DNA of 32,000 nucleotides, from positions 1,050,001 through 1,082,000 of the forward strand of contig NZ_CP147990.1 of the NCBI RefSeq assembly GCF_037902255.1, written 5' to 3'. Below are positions 1 to 7,692 of this stretch, in pieces; position 1 is the first letter of the stretch; every line of letters begins with the position of its first letter. Source of the DNA: Candidatus Electrothrix sp. GW3-4 (lineage in GTDB: Bacteria; Desulfobacterota; Desulfobulbia; Desulfobulbales; Desulfobulbaceae). The translations under genes were made by a program, and so were the position numbers. Below the pieces are notes generated by a model. The model did not search any database. It saw nothing but the letters and a program-made list of their open reading frames with translations, and was not told the DNA's origin.

Positions 1-84
1 CGTTTTGTCATTATTCGCCAGGATCGGTTCGGCCATGAGGAAAAAAGTCATGCCTATCATCATGAAAAATATTTGGATTCTCAC
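1..84 (-). CDS. 5' end of an exported-protein gene that runs off the left edge (signal-peptide-like N-terminus)
   Basis: A minus-strand GTG at 84-82 lies 6 nt downstream of AGGAG (complement of 91-95). The translation VRIQIFFMMIGMTFFLMAEPILANNDKT is hydrophobic and signal-peptide-like. Only 28 codons are visible, so the product is unknown. Confidence 0.3.
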   Translation of the reverse strand, partial: MRIQIFFMMIGMTFFLMAEPILANNDKT

Positions 85-196
85 CTTATGCTCCTTTTTT
101 GCTTATTATTGAATCAAGAGTTCGTGCAGTAAGGATACTCGCGCTTGTCCCGTTACTATTGGTAGAAACTTTGTACTGTTTTCAACAGGATGGTTA

Positions 197-820
197 TCAA
201 GGAAAGCCGTTCTGCCTCGCCTGATGGAGGAAGTTGATCCCCTGCTCATCTATGGAGACAGGCTGCTGATTTGTCCGAAAATAAATTGCAGCGGCGAACT
301 CAAAGAAGAGAGCCCGTTGCAGCATTTCTGGATAATCTTTGCCCACAGTCACTTGTCCGTGGTTTTGAAGAACCACCAGATCATGTTCTTGCAGGGCAGA
401 GGTCACAGCCTGGGCCAGCTCATCTGAACCGGGCGTCATATAGGGGACTGTTGCAACCGGGCCGATATAGTAGGGGAGTTCAGGGATGAGGGGGAGGTCC
501 TTGGCAGATTCTGTGTCCTTGCTGCATGCCAAGGTTGTGGCATAGGGGGATTGGAAATGGAGGACTGTGTTGATATCCCGGCGTTGCTTGAGGACAGCCT
601 GATGAAAGCCGATTTCAATGGATGGCGCTTTTCCGTTGATGCAGACGCCGTCTTCAATGCGGCAGATTGCTATCTGCTCCTCAGTGAGATCCGAGAGCCA
701 GGAACCGCTTGTGGAGATCAGCATGTGTTGCTCGTCCTTGCGGCAGGAGAGGTTGCCGCTACCGCAGAGGACTAAGTCGTGTTGGGCTGTTTTGTGGGCG
801 GTGTTGATGAAGGAATTCAT
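197..820 (-). CDS. class II aldolase/adducin-family protein (fuculose-phosphate aldolase / methylthioribulose-phosphate dehydratase-like)
   Basis: 207-aa ORF with family-typical segments LISTSGS, FHQAVL, VLHFQSPYATTLA and LQNHGQVTVGKD. Confidence 0.75.
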   Translation of the reverse strand: MNSFINTAHKTAQHDLVLCGSGNLSCRKDEQHMLISTSGSWLSDLTEEQIAICRIEDGVCINGKAPSIEIGFHQAVLKQRRDINTVLHFQSPYATTLACSKDTESAKDLPLIPELPYYIGPVATVPYMTPGSDELAQAVTSALQEHDLVVLQNHGQVTVGKDYPEMLQRALFFEFAAAIYFRTNQQPVSIDEQGINFLHQARQNGFP

Positions 821-1077
821 GTGGTTGTGGAGTTGAACCTGGGGAATTTCACATATCCACTCCAGGTTCCCTTTAACGCATGCAGGAGTGGTTCAAAAAT
901 AAGACCGTGGGTGATCTTCTGTTCCGTATGCCTGGTAAACACCCTTCGTTATCGATGCTGGACATGGCTTCTGCCTCCGAGCTCGCTAGAAATATTGCAG
1001 GATAATAACTACACAAGTGATGTTGATGAATATGTGTGAAATATCCCCTGCATGGCCTTGTTTCTTGATTGGAGCAT

Positions 1078-1461
1078 TTAAAGTGTTATGTCAGATATCA
1101 TCTGCCTGATTGTTTCGCTAAGAGGAGGGAGATGTTTCTCACAAACCCAGAATATCTCCTCGGCATCAACATTGAAGTATTGATGGGCGATGATGTCTCT
1201 CAAGCCTTTTGCGCCTTTCCAATCAATCTCAGGATATTGCACGAGAAGCTCTCTCTTGGTTATTTTGTCGATGTTTTTTAAACTTTCTCCGATTGCTATC
1301 AGCTGCATGCAGATTGAATCCATCCGCTCCATGCCGAATGGAGAATCTGTAAAATCGGAAACCGTCTCGATTTGCTCGAAACGTTGCTGTATCTTTTCCG
1401 TTGCCTCCAGAAGCTGATGCAGGATATCCAGGACAAGGGTTTTGTCATACATACCGGGCAT
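1078..1461 (-). CDS. hepT: HepT-type HEPN/DUF86 toxin (type VII TA, RNase)
   Basis: Small ORF with the HEPN Rx4HxY motif (GLRDIIAHQYFNVD). It overlaps the 3' end of the upstream nucleotidyltransferase gene. The start is ambiguous: ATG at 1461 or 1452, TTG at 1470. Confidence 0.85.
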   Translation of the reverse strand: MPGMYDKTLVLDILHQLLEATEKIQQRFEQIETVSDFTDSPFGMERMDSICMQLIAIGESLKNIDKITKRELLVQYPEIDWKGAKGLRDIIAHQYFNVDAEEIFWVCEKHLPPLSETIRQMISDITL

Positions 1462-1735
1462 CCTTTTCAATGCGTTTCTTGAGGTATGGATTCATGTTCT
1501 TTCTGTTGCGGATAAGATCGACAGGCTTGTTAAAGAGCGCCTCAAGTTCCTCTTTGATATGCACCAAGGTGTAGAGATCAGGATATGCGGTTTCGATAAC
1601 AACATCAATATCGCTTTTGTCGGTTGCCTGTCCGGTGGAGTATGAACCGAATATGCCGATGTTGTTAATGCCGTATTTGCTGGAATTTTCCCTTTTGTAG
1701 CGGGCTAAGATAGTTAAAATATCCGAGGGAGTCAT
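1445..1735 (-). CDS. mntA: MntA-type minimal nucleotidyltransferase antitoxin
   Basis: 96-aa ORF with the pol-beta-type NTase signature GIFGSYSTGQATDKSDIDVVIE. GGAGAA lies 9 nt upstream of the ATG. The gene sits directly upstream of, and overlaps, the HEPN gene. Confidence 0.85.
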   Translation of the reverse strand: MTPSDILTILARYKRENSSKYGINNIGIFGSYSTGQATDKSDIDVVIETAYPDLYTLVHIKEELEALFNKPVDLIRNRKNMNPYLKKRIEKDARYV

Positions 1736-2220
1736 GTTTGGTTTTCTCCAGAAAATTTGTTGAGTGAATCCTGTGTTACCTGAAGCGCATCAAGTAAGGT
1801 TTGTGAGTATTGGATATTGAGAAAGGATAATGGTTCCGCTGTACTTTTTTACCCGTTTGCCTCATTTAGTTGGCAGTTATGTCAAGGGTATCTGCATGAA
1901 GTTTTTGGTAATCCTCTAGTGATTGAGACAGGAAACCACGTTCCACCTTTCCTCTACCTATGTAAAATACTTTTGATTCTGCTGGGAAGTAAGTCTCTTT
2001 CACCTTTTTAACTCTTACTTTTTCGGTAGGTTTAAGATTTTTCTTATCTTCTCTACCAGAATCTTCTTTAATGTGTTCAGATATAGATACAAAGGTCTAT
2101 AATGGACCCCTATTCTTGGACAGCTATTTAAGGTAGATTTTTTTCTAAAAATGCTGAATGTATTTTGGTGCGCTTGGCACGAGTCCGAAATTCATACAGC
2201 CACTACCGGAGAATCTACGC

Positions 2221-2499
2221 ATGTCACGTAAAAGAAGAGTCCACTCAGCTGCATTTAAAGGAAAAGTTGCACTTGAAGCACTGAAAGAACTAAAGCCGAT
2301 TAATGTACTGGCCTCCCAGTATGAGATTCAGCCAAACCAGATTAGCACCTGGAAAAAGCAGCTAAAAGAAGGAGTAACCGAAATATTCAGCCGAAAACGC
2401 GGTAAAGCAAAAGATGATTCCCGCAAGGCTGAAAAACGCTTATACGAAGAAATCGGTCGTCTGAAAATGGAGCTGGACTGGCTTAAAAAAAAAGTCTGA
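2221..2499 (+). CDS. IS3-family transposase OrfA (HTH)
   Basis: MSRKRRVHSAAFKGKVALEALKE...QPNQISTWKKQLKEG...LKMELDWLKKKV is the typical IS3/IS911 OrfA with a leucine-zipper end. It terminates just after an A9 run. ATG 2221 is preferred over the ORF-track start at 2158. Confidence 0.85.
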   Translation: MSRKRRVHSAAFKGKVALEALKELKPINVLASQYEIQPNQISTWKKQLKEGVTEIFSRKRGKAKDDSRKAEKRLYEEIGRLKMELDWLKKKV

Positions 2500-3328
2500 G
2501 CCCTACTCGGATCCCCTTGATTTAATTGATTCTCAGCATAGGTCGATCAGCATCCAGAGGCAATGTGAGCTGCTTGGCATCAGTCGATCCCGCTATTACT
2601 ACAAGCCAGCGGTTGAGAGCGAACTGAACCTCAAATTGATGCGAATTATCGATGAGATCTACACCGACTGTCCTTTTTACGGAAGCAGACGGATGGTCAT
2701 CGAGCTGGAACGGCGTGCTTTTCATGTTAACAGAAAACGGGTTCAACGGTTGATGCGCCTAATGGGGCTTGAGGCTATTTACCCGAAACCGAAACTAACT
2801 CATCGGAATATTGAACACAAAGTTTATCCATACCTTTTGAGGAACATCTTGATTGATCGTCCCAATCAGGTTTGGAGCACTGATATCACGTATATTCCGA
2901 TGCAGAGCGGTTTCATGTATCTGACGGTAATTATTGACTGGTACAGCCGATACATCCTCAGTTGGCGTATATCCAATACGATGGATAACGATTTTTGTGT
3001 CGAAGCTCTTGATGAAGCATTAACTCATGGATTACCCGATATTTTTAATACAGATCAGGGAGTGCAATTCACAAGCAAGCAGTTTACACAACGCCTGACA
3101 GATGTTGATGTAAAAATCAGCATGGACGGCAAGGGCCGAGCACTGGATAATATTTTTGTCGAGCGTCTTTGGCGTACAGTAAAGTACGAAAATATCTACC
3201 TGAAAGACTATCGAAATGGCAATGAGTTATACCACGGTCTGGAAGAGTATTTTTCGTTTTATAACACTCGACGTCCTCATCAGTCTTTGGGGTACAGATC
3301 TCCTGAAGATATTCATTATTGCTCATGA
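2465..3328 (+). CDS. IS3-family transposase OrfB (DDE integrase core), expressed only after recoding from orfA
   Basis: The frame is open from 2465 (..SISIQRQCELLGISRSRYYYKP..). DDE residues lie in WSTDITY, FNTDQGVQF and DNIFVERLWRTVKYE. The first in-frame ATG is at 2639. Confidence 0.85.
   Translation, partial: KWSWTGLKKKSEPYSDPLDLIDSQHRSISIQRQCELLGISRSRYYYKPAVESELNLKLMRIIDEIYTDCPFYGSRRMVIELERRAFHVNRKRVQRLMRLMGLEAIYPKPKLTHRNIEHKVYPYLLRNILIDRPNQVWSTDITYIPMQSGFMYLTVIIDWYSRYILSWRISNTMDNDFCVEALDEALTHGLPDIFNTDQGVQFTSKQFTQRLTDVDVKISMDGKGRALDNIFVERLWRTVKYENIYLKDYRNGNELYHGLEEYFSFYNTRRPHQSLGYRSPEDIHYCS
2485..2493 (+). promoter_or_regulatory. A9 slippery tract at the orfA/orfB overlap (recoding or transcriptional-slippage site)
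   Basis: Nine consecutive A occupy the last Lys codons of orfA. The orfB frame overlaps this tract. Confidence 0.5.
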
Positions 3329-3396
3329 GATACAGTCAAACAAATATAGGAGGAAATCACCAGATAAGAAAGTTTGTTGTTAGCCCGAAATCTATC

Positions 3397-3794
3397 TTAA
3401 ATTATGCTAAATTTTGTGTTGACTATGGGGTCCACTTTAGTCTGGGTATCGCTTGGAAGATTTTTGCCAACAAATGTTAAAACTATTTCCAAATTAGTTT
3501 CGTCTATATCTTCTTTGAGAATTGCATCTAGTAAAAATGGCAGCCTATGTGCTGTTTTTGACTTGGCGATCATGGCATTTAAAGCAAAATGATAAGCCAT
3601 AACAGTCTTGTGAAGTTCAACGCCTTGGCGTGGGAAAGAGTGGATGCTGTACAAGTCCAAGTATCTAGGTTCTGTTAACGGCTTAAGATTTAATTGCGAT
3701 GTGTAATCTGAAAATATTTTTTTAAACGCCATTTCTTTTTTTAACCGAGCAGTTATTGTGTCTTGTTCTGTAGCCATAGAATTAAGAGACGCTC
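3397..3794 (-). pseudogene. C-terminal part of the IS630-disrupted Rad50/SMC-like ATPase gene (Walker-B-like lobe)
   Basis: ORF 3397..3777, plus 6 upstream in-frame codons, continues the reading frame of 5028..6211 once the IS is removed. It contains HRLPFLLDAILKEDID, a hydrophobic strand ending in Asp (Walker-B-like). Confidence 0.7.
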
Positions 3795-3881
3795 TAGTGC
3801 TCTGTAAAATCTAAATTTTAGGGTAGCGTATTTAAAATTAATGTAGCATGTTGTCCGAAAAAAAAATTGAAAGAGGATTTC

Positions 3882-4325
3882 ATGCCAAAAAAATACATTG
3901 TCCAATTGACTCCAAAAGAACGCTGTCATTTACAGGAGGTTATCAAAAAGCTTTCGGGGGGCAGCCAGAAAGTCCGTCGTGCTCACATCTTATTGAAAGC
4001 TGATGCAAATGGCCCCTGTTGGAAAGACAGCAGGATAGCAGAAGCATTCAACTGTAGGACAAAAACGGTTGAGAACATCCGTCAAAATTTTGTTTTGCAC
4101 GGTTTTCAACAGGCTCTTGACGGAAAAAAACGTGCAACCCCGCCTACTCCGAAACTATTGAATGGGGAGCAGGAGGTTAAAATCATTGCCACTCGTCTTG
4201 GTTCACCTCCGCCGGGATACGCAAATTGGTCACTGCGCCTTTTAGCCCGACATGTTGTTGAATTGGAAATAGTTCCGTCGATCAGCCATGAAACTATTCG
4301 CCAAGTAATAAAAAAAACGGGATGA
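3882..4325 (+). CDS. IS630-family transposase, N-terminal HTH part (ORF1)
   Basis: MPKKYIVQLTPKERCHLQEVIKK...RRAHILLKADANG is the typical IS630/Tc1-like HTH region. AAAGAGGA lies 4 nt upstream of ATG 3882. The ORF ends just after an A8 run. Confidence 0.85.
   Translation: MPKKYIVQLTPKERCHLQEVIKKLSGGSQKVRRAHILLKADANGPCWKDSRIAEAFNCRTKTVENIRQNFVLHGFQQALDGKKRATPPTPKLLNGEQEVKIIATRLGSPPPGYANWSLRLLARHVVELEIVPSISHETIRQVIKKTG
4310..4317 (+). promoter_or_regulatory. A8 tract: probable -1 programmed frameshift site joining IS630 ORF1 and ORF2
   Basis: An A AAA AAA heptamer lies in the ORF1 frame. A -1 slip gives ..VIKKNGMNNRKIQYWVIPP, which resembles the single-ORF IS630 transposase linker KKN-x-LKPW..W.IPP. 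Confidence 0.6.
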
Positions 4326-5017
4326 ACAACCGGAAAATCCAATACTGGGTTATTCCACCAAAACACGATGCGGAATTCGTGGCCAACATGGAAGATGTGA
4401 TAGAGGTTTATGAAAGACCGTATAATCCTAATCATCCTTTTCTTTGTATGGACGAACAACCAGTTCAGCTGATAAAGGAAACTCGTTTACCTATCCCGGC
4501 AACTAAAAATCATGCTAAACGCGTTGATTATGAGTATGAGCGTAACGGAACAGCCAGTATTTTCATGTTCACCGAGCCTCTTTCAGGCTGGCGTGAAGCC
4601 ACAGCTCGTCCTCGGCGGACTAAAACAGATTGGGCGATCGAAGTGGCTCGCCTCCTTGAAGGTCGCTATGCAGAATGTGAAAAGATAACGTTGGTTTGCG
4701 ATAATCTCAACACCCATACAAAGGGAGCTTTTTATGAGGCTTTTCCTCCTGAACGTGCTCGTGCATTAGTACGCCGGATTGAATTTTGTTACACACCGAA
4801 ACATGGTAGCTGGCTCAATATAGCAGAAAACGAATTGAGCTCCATGACTCGACAATGTCTTGCCAATCGTCGTATAGGAGATATCGAGACGTTACAGAAA
4901 GAGATTGCCGCATGGTCAAGCGATGTGAATAACACTCAACGTGGTGTTGAGTGGCAAATGAAAATTTCTGATGCCCGGTGCAAATTAAAATCCGTTTACC
5001 CTAAAATTAAGTCGTGA
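4322..5017 (+). CDS. IS630-family transposase, DDE catalytic part (ORF2, -1 frame relative to ORF1)
   Basis: WVIPPKHDAEFVANMEDVIEVY, then LCMDEQ, LVCDNLNTH and SWLNIAENE, form the DDE triad context of IS630. The frame is open from 4292 and is in the -1 frame relative to ORF1. Confidence 0.88.
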   Translation: MNNRKIQYWVIPPKHDAEFVANMEDVIEVYERPYNPNHPFLCMDEQPVQLIKETRLPIPATKNHAKRVDYEYERNGTASIFMFTEPLSGWREATARPRRTKTDWAIEVARLLEGRYAECEKITLVCDNLNTHTKGAFYEAFPPERARALVRRIEFCYTPKHGSWLNIAENELSSMTRQCLANRRIGDIETLQKEIAAWSSDVNNTQRGVEWQMKISDARCKLKSVYPKIKS

Positions 5018-5027
5018 CAGAGCACTA

Positions 5028-6211
5028 GTAACTTCTAATTCATTTTCGAATGTTTCAATGTCTGCTTGCATTTTTTTGTATAGCTTAATGTTAGCTTTGT
5101 TATCAATCCACTGTTCAAATGTTACCCCTTCTAGGTTCTTTTCTAAAAGAATACCGTAGTCATCATTAATTTCTTTCTTGATTTTGGCTGTTTTTTTGTG
5201 CGATGAGTTTATTTTTGATTTTTTCTCAATAAGTTTATCAGTAATATGTGATTCAAGTTCAACCGTATCATGATATTTTTGATAGTGGCTATATAATCCT
5301 TCCAAAGAATAAGCCAATACCTGTGTGCAAGCTGGACATCTATCAATGTCGTTGTAATTTTGCTTCTTTATGTTTTTCTTAGTCTTTTTGAGGATCTTAT
5401 GGTGGTTCTGTAATAGAGAAAGTTCATTGCAGAGCCTGATGTAATTATCCCTTTCTTGCTCTAACAAGTTTGACATCTGGATGTATTTTTCAACGTATTC
5501 CTCTGCCTGATCACCAAATGTTTCATCAATCAATTTAGAAAACTGAAGCTCTGCTTTCTTGCTGTATCGCTTGAGGTTGCGAATGTCAGCTGATAGCCGA
5601 TCTTTTTGCTGAGTCAGTTTTCTGTGTTTCACACGGTCAAAGTTATTGCTAACCCCTAGGTAATAATCCAAGTAGTCATCTTTAAAGCCCTTGTAATATT
5701 GAAGGTTAGAAAAAGACTCGCGCAAATACACCCAGCCAACAGATTGAGAAATGTAATATGGCAAAAACATGCATTCAAGTGGAGCGGCCCTCAGTTCACC
5801 CTTCTGTTCTAAATACATTGTGAAACTAACTAAGTCACGTATGTATTCTTTGAGTTTAACGTGCTCAACACTATTGTCTGCATCAATTCCATAGAAAGGA
5901 ACTACTTTGCCACTTGGCTCTTTGACATAAATGGATTTTGGCTCTCTAATAATTGTGTATTCTTCTTCGGTTCCATTGGCTATCTTTGTGAAATCTACTC
6001 TGAAGGTAGGTTGATAACCGAGGATTTCATCTAAATTTTCTCTAACGTCATTAACACCAAAAGTAAATAGTAGGCTCTGAATCAGTGAGCTTTTTCCTGA
6101 TGTGTTACGTCCACTAATAATGTTTGCCCCCGGAGAGAACTCATCGTAGAAGCAGCAATTGTGCAGCTCTGAACTGACAAATAATCTGTTAAACCTAATG
6201 ATTACATTCAT
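5028..6211 (-). pseudogene. N-terminal part of the Rad50/SMC-like ABC ATPase (LmuB-like), truncated by IS630
   Basis: The Walker A motif GRNTSGKS is at 6089-6112. A long K/E/L/Q-rich heptad region is interrupted by CPAC (5327-5338). As it stands the ORF runs on to 4985 through 13 IS-derived codons. The start is ATG 6211 (MNVIIRFNRLF) or GTG 6244. Confidence 0.7.
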
Positions 6212-6219
6212 AGGGAAAC

Positions 6220-7329
6220 CTAGTAGTATTCTACAAATGAGCACAAAGTAGAGAAGAATATGTCGATATCTTTTAGATTCATGCTATGTTGACTCTTGAT
6301 GTCAGAAACATATGCATCAAACATGTCGCCATGACTGTGGTAGTCCATAGAATAGTCATTTTCCCTGATGAATCCTTTGATTATTTGATGTTCATTATTG
6401 CTCATATCTTTTAACAGCTCAAATGTGTTCCTGATGTAATTTTTGTGATGATTCTGGATGCCTATAGGGACTCGAAACTTATGGCATAGCTCCGTTGAAT
6501 AATTTCTCCAAAACTCAAATGTCTTTTGCTCTGTCTCAATGATATCAATTGCCTTCTTGACTTCATCGCCTTCGACTCTCTTGCTACTGTCAAGTAAGGT
6601 GACAACCTTGCCCTGATTGTACACAGCTTCGACTTCTCTGAAGAGGCTAAGAAGTAGCTCAATTGCTGCTAACGGGTCTGAGACATGTGAAAATTTCCTA
6701 CTCATAAGTCCTACTAGGCTATCTTTTTGCCTGTTCTTATTTCGTGGAAAATCGATCCATTGAATGCAAAAGTTGTCCAGTTCAGCTTTGTGATAGGTAA
6801 TCTTTTTCTTTTTACAAAAGTTATCTACTTTCTTGTTTATTTTCTCTTTGATTTCATCAGGAATGGCATTGAAGCCACACTTACAGTTCTGTTCGTTTAG
6901 AAGATACGTTATTTCCTCTTTCCTATCTTTCTTCTCTTTTGCATTAGGCTTGTAGTTCAGTTTGATGTCAGTGTTAGATACGAACGTTAGCTCATGGGTA
7001 TAGTTTGGGCATTTGCGCGCTGGGTCGCTTATAAGATCGTTTCCAACTTCAAGTATTTTTGCAATCACTTCAGAAAATCGTTCATTTATAGTCCAGACGT
7101 TGCCTGAGAGTTTTTTGGCCTGATAAGAATGAATTTCTTTAATATTGCTGCGACAATTTGTTCTATAGCAGAAGAGAAAATCATCGTGATGTTCAATGCA
7201 TAGGAAAAACTCTCTTCCCTTAAACCGGTCGTAATCATCAAGTAGTAAGTACAACGCACAATTACGCTGAAATTCGAAACCTAACAAAGCATCTACACCA
7301 GCGTTCGCTGCTTTTTTCCTTGTGGTCAA
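6220..7329 (-). CDS. DUF4297/Cap4-like PD-(D/E)xK nuclease-domain protein (LmuA-like effector candidate)
   Basis: 369-aa ORF. A TTG start at 7329 has AAGGTGA 4 nt upstream. The N-terminus AGVDALLGFEFQRNCALYLLL...FFLCIEHHDDFLF...IHSYQAKK matches my memory of the G-F-x-F/Y-Q ... E-x2-DD ... Q-x-K core of DUF4297/Cap4 nuclease domains. Its stop lies 8 nt before the ATPase ATG. Confidence 0.55.
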   Translation of the reverse strand: MTTRKKAANAGVDALLGFEFQRNCALYLLLDDYDRFKGREFFLCIEHHDDFLFCYRTNCRSNIKEIHSYQAKKLSGNVWTINERFSEVIAKILEVGNDLISDPARKCPNYTHELTFVSNTDIKLNYKPNAKEKKDRKEEITYLLNEQNCKCGFNAIPDEIKEKINKKVDNFCKKKKITYHKAELDNFCIQWIDFPRNKNRQKDSLVGLMSRKFSHVSDPLAAIELLLSLFREVEAVYNQGKVVTLLDSSKRVEGDEVKKAIDIIETEQKTFEFWRNYSTELCHKFRVPIGIQNHHKNYIRNTFELLKDMSNNEHQIIKGFIRENDYSMDYHSHGDMFDAYVSDIKSQHSMNLKDIDIFFSTLCSFVEYY

Positions 7330-7692
7330 AATTTCACCTTTTAAAAGCTAGAATATTGGAGTTACTTTAGACCGATGCGCTTACTTATAATTATTTATTG
7401 TCGAAATATTTTTTCTGATGACGGTTGAAAATGACAATATTGGGCGAATGCCTCCTAATAATTTGTTCAGCACAGAATTCTAATTCTGCAATCTCCCTGC
7501 ATTGCAACCTACTGCCACAAAAAAACTCCAACGAAAGCTAACTTCTGGATAAAATCTAAACTTTTTTCTCTCTGCGCCCCAAGAAATTACCACTCACTCG
7601 CAAAAAATCAAGACAAAAAGGGTTAACATCTCGTTCTAATTACTTTCTATTACACACCAAGAGACCGCGCGGAACAGCGAACAGACTTAGCC

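Larger units (their letters stand above)
2155..3338 (+). mobile_element. IS3-family insertion sequence (orfA + orfB); ends tentative
   Basis: The element has the two-ORF IS3 organisation. Candidate termini are TGAATGTATTT (2155-2165) and the reverse complement TGACTGTATCT (3338-3328), a 9/11 match with TG...CA ends. No target-site duplication is recognisable, so the boundaries are low confidence. Confidence 0.7.
3797..5025 (+). mobile_element. IS630-family insertion sequence, apparently intact
   Basis: 29-bp imperfect terminal inverted repeats (3797-3825 GTGCTCTGTAAAATCTAAATTTTAGGGTA versus the complement of 4997-5025) match at 24/29. The element is flanked by TA at 3795-3796 and 5026-5027. 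The restored target reads CTAG. Confidence 0.9.

Noticed and set aside
1866-2096. A minus-strand open frame of 76 codons (..KETYFPAESKVFYIGRGKVERGFLSQSLEDYQKLHADTLDITAN) between the IS3 and mntA.
   Set aside because: It has no ATG, only an internal GTG with no RBS. It is bounded upstream by TAG, and I recognise no family. It may be a gene remnant but cannot be supported as a feature.
2152-3341. A target-site duplication for the IS3 element.
   Set aside because: The bases flanking my proposed ends (TGC on the left, AAC on the right) do not match. The 9/11 terminal inverted repeat is weak, so the ends are left tentative rather than claiming a TSD.
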